From Macrostomum lignano (Eukaryota), in assembly GCA_002269645.1 (NCBI GenBank), contig NIVC01001163.1, positions 124,001 to 188,000 on the forward strand: 64,000 bases of DNA. Direction: 5' to 3'. The first letter of the stretch is position 1; the number at the start of each line of letters is the position of its first letter. Both the position numbers and the translations under genes were made by a program. The notes below the pieces were generated by a model that was not told where the DNA came from, did no database searches, and saw only the letters and a program-made list of their open reading frames with translations. Below, piece by piece: positions 54,601 through 64,000 of the stretch.

Positions 54601-57600
54601 GATTGGGCGACATAGGGATTTAGCATTGGCAACATCGGTTTTGGAATCGGGATCAGGGGATTTAGAATCGGGATCAGGGGATTTAGAATCGGGATCTGGG
54701 GATTTAGAATCGGGATCAGGGGGTTTAGAATCGGGATCTGGGGATTTAGAATCGGGATCAGGGGATTTAGAATCGGGATCAGGGGATTTAGAATCGGGAT
54801 CAGGGGATTTAGAATCGGGATCAGGGGATTTAGAATCGGGATGGGACAATGGAATTACAGATCAACCAACCTTAGATGCGTCCTTATCAGCCTTGGCGTC
54901 CCCGTTGCTGCTGCCTCCGCCGCCGCTTCCTTTCTTGCCAATCTGTGCATCCGACAAAGAGTCCCAAGCCTTCTCGGCCTCCTTAGCCGAACAGTAGGCC
55001 TTCTTCTTCGCCGTAGCCTCCTCCGCCCTCTTCTCCAACAGGGTCCGGATGGATTTCTCCACCTGCACTTCGATGGGCTTGCGCGACTTGTGAAACGATT
55101 CATTTAGCTCTCGCATTGGCTTGGTGACCTCGTCTGACAAGTTGGCGGCGAATTCCTGCCGGATCTCCGCCTCGCGCTTGATCGACTCGCCGATGGAGCC
55201 CCAGGATGCGGCCACGGTGCTGCGGGAATTGCGGTCGATTCCATTTTGTTAGAATGCTTGGAATTTTGACATGGATTACATGATCCTGAACATGGATTAC
55301 ATGATCCTGAACATGGATTACATGATCCTGAACATGGATTACATGATCCTGAACATGGATTACATGATCCTAAACATAGATTACATGATCCTGAACATGG
55401 ATTACATGATCCTGAACATGGATTACATGATCCTAAACATAGATTACATGATCCTGAACATGGATTACATGATCCTGAATATGGATTACATGATCCTGAA
55501 CATGGATTACATGATCCTGAATATGGATTACATGATCTTGGATAGGGATTACATGATCCTAAACATAGATTACATGATCCTGAACATGGATTACATGATC
55601 CTGAATATGGATTACATGATCTTGGATAGGGATTACATGATCCTAAACATGGATTACATGATCTTGAATAGGGATTACATGAGTTTGAATAGGGATTACA
55701 TGAGTTTGAATATGGATCACATGATTCTGAATCGGGGATTACATGATTCTAAACATGGATTACATGATCTTGAATAGGGATTACATGAGTTTGAATAGGG
55801 ATTACATGAGTTTGAATATGGATCACATGATTCTGAATCGGGGATTACATGATTCTGAATCTTGGTGTACATGATCTGGAATCCGGATGAAATGATAAAC
55901 ATGATGCAGTCTCTCGAATTAAATCAGATTAACAGCATCAAAATGCAAAAGCCCCATCAATAAGGCTGGTTTCACACAGACAGACTTACAGCAATTACAG
56001 ACGCAGTTTCTAGGGAAAATTTATGCAGGAGTTGGGATCTTGCTCTAGGTCTGCACAGGGCGGCGCACAGGGAAGTGCAAGAAGCAACTAATCAATCGAT
56101 AGGCTCGCTGCACTCCCGCCAGCCTCTTCCTTCTGCCCTCGCGCCATTTCGTCCCTCATCAGGAGCGAGCATACTAAACCCTCTACTAATATATATTACA
56201 CTATTATATATTATATACTCAAGTTCGGTCCGAAACTCTTCATCGCAGATGCCAGAGGGAAGAAGCAGATGAGCTGGACTTTAAAGCAATCAAAATAAGC
56301 CGCTATCTGCCTGCGCATTCCCTATTAGGTTGCAGCAGCCTCCGCAGCTCCCTCTCATTTAAGAGACCGATTCGGACTAAGCTATGGAACACAATCTATA
56401 AGACTAAAGAAAACTGTAGCAAGGAAATAGAGGTGAGATAAAGGAGTAAAGATAAAGAGAAGGGAGAAGGGAGAGAGGGAAGAGGGAGAAGCGAAAAGGG
56501 AGGGAGAAGAGAGAAGGGAGGGGAGAAGGGAAGGGAGAAAGGAAGAAGGGAAGGGAAAGGGAGAAAGAAAAGGAGAAAGGAGAAGGGAGAAAGGAGAGAG
56601 GGAAGGGGGAGAAGCGAGAAGGGAAGGGAGAAGAGAGAAGGGAAGGGAGAAGAGAGAAGGGAAGGGAGAAGGGAAGGGAAGGAAGAAGGGAAGGGAGAAG
56701 GGAGAAGGCAAAGGAGAAGGGAAGGGAGAAGGGAGAAGGCAAGGGAGAAGGCAAGGGAGAAGGGAAGGGAGAAGGGAGAAGGCAAGGGAGAAGGGAAGGG
56801 AGAAGGGAGAAGGCAAGGGAGAAGGGAAGGGAGAAGGGAGAAGGCAAAGGAGAAGGAAAGGGAGAAGGGAGAAGGCAAGGGAGAAGGGAAGGGAGAAGGC
56901 AAGGGAGAAGGGAAGGGAGAAGGGAGAAGGCAAGGGAGAAGGGAGGGGAGAAGGGAGAAGGCAAGGGAGAAGGGAGAAGGCAAAGGAGAAGGGAAGGGAG
57001 AAGGGAGAAGGGAAGGGAGAAGGGAGAAGGGAAGGGAGAAGGGAGAAGGGAAGGGAGAAGGGAGAAGGCAAAGGAGAAGGGAAGGGAGAAGGGAGAAGGG
57101 AAGGGAGAAGGGAAGGGAGAAGGGAGAAGGCAAGGGAGAAGGGAAGGGAGAAGGGAAGGGAGAAGGGAGAAGAGAAGGAAGAAAGGGAGAAAAACCAAAA
57201 GCCAAGAAGCTTCAGAGACCAGAGCATACAAGCATGCCAACTCTGTCACACATTAAATGTGGCTCACCCAGCGCAGGTTGCAGCCACCTTGGCCATTCGC
57301 TGGCTAATTTTAACCAGACTCCGCGCATAGTGGTGCTCCAGTTCGCACCTCTCAACCAGGATGGCCGAGAGCTCCTTGCACAGGTCATTGCCCTGCTTGA
57401 TGTAGCGCTTCAGCTCGTCAAAGCCGTTCGTGCCCTGCAGTTGAGGGTGAGTCGGCTCTCATGGAGATTCTCGGATACTGGGCAATTGGATCTCTACCTG
57501 TCCTAAACTATGCTATGTCAAATCTCAAAATCTCACTCTTGATTGTATCAAATCTCAAAATCTCACTATTGATTGTATCAAATCTCAAAATCTCACTCTT

Positions 57601-58882
57601 TAACTGTGTCAAATCTCAAAATCTCACTCTTGACTGTGTCAAATCTCACTCTTGACTGTGTCAAATCTCACTCTTGACTGTGTCAAATCTCACTCTTGAC
57701 TGTGTCAAATCTCACTCTTGACTGTGTCAAATCTCAAAATCTCACTCTTGACTGTATCAAATCTCAAAATCTCATTCTTGGCTATACCGAATATGCCCAA
57801 TATCGAAATCAAGCTGACAATCCGCACTATTTATTGCAAATCTACCAAATGGACAAGGACAAAAAACTGCACACTATTTCTGTACAAGAATTTCCCGCCA
57901 TAACTCCACAGCAAACCAATATATAGGTAAAACAGAAGTCTGCAAATAAAAAGCTTTATGACTCAGGGCGACATTTCCATATCTCTCTCTGCCAGACGCC
58001 CCGTCTATCCGCTAACCGCTTGTGTTGCATTTCCTAAGAAGACCTACAAAATGCAAATAAGCCGATGTGGTATTTAAGCATTACTAAGCAGTGTCTTAAC
58101 TATTCTCCCCCTTTCTCTAATCCCAACGCTGACGGGCCAGGACCTTCTTTTGATTTCAACTTTGCTGGCTAAAAATAGACTGATGCACCTGATACTGACG
58201 CACGATTGGCAGAGATGCCTGACTGGCTCCCGTTTAAAGCATTTAAAGCAGTTCCTACGGGGGTCGGCAAGCTCTATCTCTATCCAGCCCTGTTGAAGGC
58301 TTGTGTCTCTTCTCAGATCTAGTCTCTAGTATTTAGTCTCTCCTCTCTTCCATCTCCTCTCACCCCTCATCTAGCAAGATTCTCTAATCTTCAAGCCAAT
58401 GCGGGCAACTGAAGCTTTTGAATTATAAAATACAAGCACGCTCTTTTTTAATTAAGTCGGTTGTTCTATAACCACCGATATGAAATCTTATGTATTAAAA
58501 TGTATATAACTGCCGATCGCTCGCTTCACTGAACGCACAGTCTGAAAACGAATCGGTTTGCTTTCCTTAATCGATTTTTCGCCCCAGCGCAAAGTGGAGG
58601 GGAGACTGCCAGCAATCGGCCGGGGAAATCCTATTAAAGTGCACAGCAGTGCGCATGTTGTGGCTTCCAATGTATTGTGTCTCTCTACCTACCTACCTAC
58701 CTACCTACCTACCTATCTATCTATCTATCTACATATCTATGTATCTATGTATCTATCTATCTATCTATCCATCTATCCATCTATCTATCTATCTATCTAT
58801 CTACCTATCTATCTACCTATCTATCTATCTATCTATCTATCTACATATCTATGTATCTATGTATCTATCTATCTATCTATCC

Positions 58883-58913
<31 letters not shown>

Positions 58914-58973
58914 CATCTATCTACCTATCTATCCATCTATCCATCTATCTATCCATCTATCTACCTATCTATC

Positions 58974-59023
<50 letters not shown>

Positions 59024-59050
59024 CATATCTATGTATCTATGTATCTATCC

Positions 59051-59095
<45 letters not shown>

Positions 59096-59100
59096 CCTAC

Positions 59101-59131
<31 letters not shown>

Positions 59132-59166
59132 CATATCTATGTATCTATGTATCTATCTATCTATCC

Positions 59167-59197
<31 letters not shown>

Positions 59198-59490
59198 CAT
59201 CTATCTACCTATCTATCCATCTATCCATCTATCTATCTATCTATCCATCTATCCATCTATCTATCTATCTATCTATCTCTCTACCTACCTACCTACCTAC
59301 CTACCTACCTACCTATCTATCTATCTATCTATCAACATATCTATGTATCTATCTATCTATCTATCTATCTATCCATCTATCCATCTATCTATCTATCTAT
59401 CTATCTATCTACCTATCTATCTACCTACCTATCTATCTATCTATCTATCTATCTACATATCTATGTATCTATGTATCTATCTATCTATCC

Positions 59491-59521
<31 letters not shown>

Positions 59522-59610
59522 CATCTATCTACCTATCTATCCATCTATCCATCTATCTATCCATCTATCCATCTATCCATCTATCTATCTATGTATCTAT
59601 CTATCTATCC

Positions 59611-59641
<31 letters not shown>

Positions 59642-59706
59642 CATCTATCTACCTATCTATCCATCTATCCATCTATCTATCTATCTATCCATCTATCCAT
59701 CTATCC

Positions 59707-59784
<78 letters not shown>

Positions 59785-59794
59785 TGATCTATCC

Positions 59795-59829
<35 letters not shown>

Positions 59830-59830
59830 C

Positions 59831-59905
<75 letters not shown>

Positions 59906-59922
59906 CATCTATCCATCTATCC

Positions 59923-59971
<49 letters not shown>

Positions 59972-60142
59972 CCTACCTACCTACCTACCTACCTACCTAC
60001 CTATCTATCTATCTATCTATCTACATATCTATGTATCTATCTATCTATCTATCTATCTATCTACCTATCTATCTACCTACCTATCTATCTATCTATCTAT
60101 CTATCTACATATCTATGTATCTATGTATCTATCTATCTATCC

Positions 60143-60181
<39 letters not shown>

Positions 60182-60274
60182 CATCTATCTACCTATCTAT
60201 CCATCTATCCATCTATCTATCCATCTATCCATCTATCCATCTATCTATCTATCTATCTATCTATGTATCTATCC

Positions 60275-60309
<35 letters not shown>

Positions 60310-60374
60310 CATCTATCTACCTATCTATCCATCTATCCATCTATCCATCTATCTATCTATCTATCCATCTATCC

Positions 60375-60452
<78 letters not shown>

Positions 60453-60594
60453 TGATCTATCCATCTATCTATCTATCTATCTACCTATCTATCTACCTAC
60501 CTATCTATCTATCTATCTATCTATCTACATATCTATGTATCTATGTATCTATCTATCTATCCATCTATCTATCTATCTATCTATTGATCTATCC

Positions 60595-60637
<43 letters not shown>

Positions 60638-60638
60638 C

Positions 60639-60715
<77 letters not shown>

Positions 60716-60726
60716 CCTATCTATCC

Positions 60727-60789
<63 letters not shown>

Positions 60790-60790
60790 C

Positions 60791-60823
<33 letters not shown>

Positions 60824-60878
60824 CCTACCTATCTATCCATCTATCTATCTATCTTTCTATCTATCTATCCATCTATCC

Positions 60879-60909
<31 letters not shown>

Positions 60910-61714
60910 CATCTATCTATCTACATATTCATCTATCTATCCATCTATCTATTTATTTATTTATCTATTTATCAACCTGTGTATCTATCTACCCACCTAC
61001 ATGTCAGACAGAGAGCCTCACCATTTGCACATAGCACATATTCTCACCTTCCGCACATAGTACATGTTCTCACCTTCCGCACATAGTACATATTCTCACC
61101 TTCCGCACATAGTACATATTCTCACCTTCCGCACATAGTACATATTCTCACCTTCCGCACATAGTACATATTCTCACCTTCCGCACATAGTACATATTCT
61201 CACCTTCCGCACATAGTACATATTCTCACCTTCCGCACATAGTACATATTCTCACCTTCCGCACATAGTACATATTCTCACCTTCCGCACATAGTACATG
61301 TTCTCACCTTCCGCACATAGTACATATTCTCACCTTCCGCACATAGTACATGTTCTCACCTTCCGCACATAGTACATATTCTCACCTTCCGCACATAGTA
61401 CATATTCTCACCTTCCGCACATAGTACATGTTCTCACCTTCCGCACATAGTACATATTCTCACCTTCCGCACATAGTACATATTCTCACCTTCCGCACAT
61501 AGTACATGTTCTCATCCATGCTGGGCAGGCCAGGCGACATGCTGGCGGACAGGAATTTAAACGGATTGGTCAGCCGAGAGGCCGCAGGCGACAAAGAAGA
61601 GACGGACGGCGATGGAGAAGAACTGGACGCTGCGTTAATTGCGGGCGAAGACGAGGGGCTGGCGCCGCTGCCAGTGGAGGACAAGTTCAGCGACCGGCGC
61701 TTGGGCGAATGCAT
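51640..61714 (-). CDS. NOSTRIN: NOSTRIN-like F-BAR/HR1/SH3 membrane-trafficking protein; complement(join(51640..52452,53207..53563,54477..54593,54871..55219,57268..57434,61490..61714)), about 675 aa
   Basis: F-BAR start [33 protein letters not shown]; DKDYY...RLDWEST; [17 protein letters not shown]...[14 protein letters not shown]; C-terminal SH3 [36 protein letters not shown]...GIFPGSY. GT-AG junction phases 0, 2, 0, 0, 0; total 2028 nt. The start codon is less certain. Confidence 0.88.
52680..53135. repeat. 37-bp AT-rich minisatellite in NOSTRIN intron 5
   Basis: (ttatcgatttacgttaactttgataaaaccattaata)n. Confidence 0.95.
53735..54345. repeat. About 45-bp minisatellite carrying an E-box in each unit, in NOSTRIN intron 4
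   Basis: (aaagtggtcacgtgacccctgttgattcgattccattcaatttct)n, about 13 units. Confidence 0.95.
54645..54845. repeat. 21-bp minisatellite (gaatcgggatcaggggattta)n in NOSTRIN intron 3
   Basis: ESGSGDL periodicity. Confidence 0.95.
55268..55875. repeat. 21-bp minisatellite (atggattacatgatcctgaac)n in NOSTRIN intron 2
   Basis: MDYMILN periodicity. Confidence 0.95.
56410..57190. repeat. Polypurine (AAGGG/gggagaagg)n array
   Basis: Visible array in NOSTRIN intron 2. Confidence 0.95.
57520..57775. repeat. 21/30-bp array (tgtgtcaaatctc[aaaatctc]actcttga)n
   Basis: Visible array; shares the aaaatctcact core with the 5600-6305 array. Confidence 0.9.
58683..60985. repeat. 2.3-kb (ATCT)n / GATA microsatellite with ACCT, ATCC and ATGT variants
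   Basis: Visible array in NOSTRIN intron 1. Confidence 0.99.
61025..61512. repeat. 25-bp minisatellite made of the NOSTRIN exon 1 end plus its splice donor
   Basis: The minus-strand unit atgtactatgtgcggaag|gtgagaa(t/c) gives 18 donor copies. Confidence 0.95.
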
Positions 61715-64000
61715 ATAAGAGTGCTGGGCTAACAAGATGAAGCGATGGAGGGAGATGCAGCAGAAAAGACTGGAGAAAGTCAGACAGCTTAGCTGCTTGG
61801 CTGGATTATAGATGGCGGCATTGCAGGTGGAGCAGGAAGTTTTTTAAGTAATAAAACCAGCTATTGTTAGACTGCATTTGGGAACTAGCTGGGTCATTAG
61901 ATCCAGGTATAATGATCATATGGCTAAAATAAGTAATGCAAAGCATTAAAATATTATCTAGAACAAGCTTAATATAGCAGTTGAATGAATATACTTTTAT
62001 TTAAAGTTTATAAACATTGAATTTGAGAGAAAGTCTGTTACATACATATCTAAAATTTAAATTTTTATGTTCATATAAATATAAACTAATATATATATAT
62101 GATGGTTCTATTTAAACAATTAAATGAATGCAAAATTAAGGAAAATATGAAATAAAATAAAATATATATATATACCATACTAAAATTGGGTTACCTAAGT
62201 CCTAAATATTATACAAGAAGAGAAGTCATAGATATGGTTACAAGAATATATAATTCCCATATCTAGTAATATTGACCACTGAATAACTAAGACTTAAAAG
62301 GCTATCAGGGACTTAAGCAGTAGAGATTATTAGACTTCTTAAACTTGAGGAATGTAAAATACTTCTGATTTTCCAATTTTTCTGAAACTTTTGCCAGAGT
62401 CTTAAAATGTATCCAAAATGATAATAAAGCAAAAAACTACAAAAATTACCTTTATAGGTAATGCAAGCTCAATTTGTTAATCTTCTTTGTTATTAATGAT
62501 AATTTGATACAAACAGTTTTGCAAAATTGTATCAAATTTGGAATTTGAAAAATTGAATTTTTTTAGAATCCTAACTTTTCAACTTTTATATTTTCAAAAA
62601 TCAAATTAATTTATTCTGAAACAAAATCCAAAGTATTTGAATATTAATTATAATAAACAGAGTGTCCATTTTAGGTTTTATTTACTCAATTTGTTATAGA
62701 ACAGCAATAGTACCACATAAGTTTAGTGCTTTTGAAAAATGCTAATCACTGGTTTGGCAATGGCACTTGCCCTGTGCCTCCTACTTTTGATTTGCTGTCA
62801 TTCTCTTATCATTGTGACTAAGAGAGCCCTCCCTAGCTATACATTCTTTATTTGTTTACCTATATTAATTTTTACTAATTTTCATTGTCTCCATTCTAAA
62901 GGTAACTATAGCTGCTGATATCAAATAGTTTTGATAGGATTATAATTTTTCTCTATAGAGGTATTTGATACTTTTTAACTGAAGCTTCATTGCAATTTAC
63001 CCCAAGCCCCCCCCCACTTAACCAGTCTTGGAATTTATCTACCTAATCTTCAATAGACCTCCATGGCTATATTGAAGTTTATATACATAAAATCAATCCT
63101 TATGAAATTTTCTCTACTCTAAAACCCTTATTCCCCATGCCCTGGTAGTTGGCTTTAAGATACAAAAATGAAGCTAAAATTTGAAATCAGTATCATCAAA
63201 AACTTCTATAGAGACAAAATTATGATCCTATCAAAACTGCAACTATTTTATCTACCTAAAGTTCAAGAAGTCTAGATTATCTTTTATATTTGTATTCTTT
63301 ATCTTTTATTTTATTCTTGACTTACCACTATTCTGATAATTTCTAGCGTATATATAACAACAAGTAAATTAGTTTTACAAGCATAAACCTTAATTTAAAG
63401 TATATGGGGGGTTTTTGGCATGCCATGTAACAGATATGAGAATGTGGTATATATATTGGTTGGGGAAAAATATTTAATAGTTTATAGCCAGATAGATAAT
63501 ATTCCCTATAGAAAAAAGTTGTAAAACTGTGGACGGCATCCGGCACACTTGAAATTTTTCTAAAGTGCAGTGTGTGCACAGCCTGCATGTGTGCTGCCCT
63601 TTCCTGCTAGCTGCTGCTCTAGCAAATAAATATACATGGAAGAGGGTCTAATGCCTCTGTGGAAGGGGCCTATACACTTGTAATTTATAAAGCTTAGAGA
63701 AGTTCCGAAATTTAAATTTCAAAAAAATTTAGAAGTCAAAATTTTGGAAGTCTAAAAAAGTCGCTAAAATAAACTAATTTCTGCTACATATTTTGTTTGT
63801 TTGTTCATTCGTTTTGCATAAGCAGTAAATTGAAAGTAAAAAAGTGAGTGTTGTTCATATTAAACTTTGTTTTTCTAAATTTTAATTTTGGAAAATTTTA
63901 ATTTTGATTTTGGAAAGTTAGCCAATTTTTATTTTGATGAAATAGAACATCTCTAATAATCCTAAAATGTGGTAAAATAGTTTGACTCTTTTCTAAAGCT

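Noticed and set aside
58558-61086. 803-aa and other IYLS ORFs
   Set aside because: (ATCT)n microsatellite within an intron.

Overview
Eukaryotic, repeat-saturated animal DNA. Composition and gene style are compatible with a flatworm such as Macrostomum, which is inference only. Three spliced genes lie on the minus strand and assemble in frame from the sequence: a TENT4/PAPD5-7 (Trf4) non-canonical poly(A) polymerase (12587-9105, 4 exons, one GC-AG intron), a ZNF608/609 (scribbler/brakeless)-like zinc-finger co-repressor (41511-31527, 4 exons) and a NOSTRIN-like F-BAR/HR1/SH3 protein (61714-51640, 6 exons). A fourth, short two-exon copy of the ZNF608-like gene (24401-22992) keeps only the N-terminal motifs and carries a 1-nt frameshift. 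A small orphan two-exon ORF lies on the plus strand (3576-4204). Mobile DNA includes a frameshifted LINE RT, nested hAT-like and Tc1 elements, several MITEs, and a 373-bp SINE-like insertion with a 14-bp TSD whose 5' end folds as an HDV-like self-cleaving ribozyme. All 12 introns of the four minus-strand gene models carry mini- or microsatellite arrays. Some arrays copy splice donors or E-boxes, and some form inverted pairs around terminal exons. Most long ORFs in the supplied track are translations of these arrays, not genes. No tRNA, rRNA or CRISPR was recognised.
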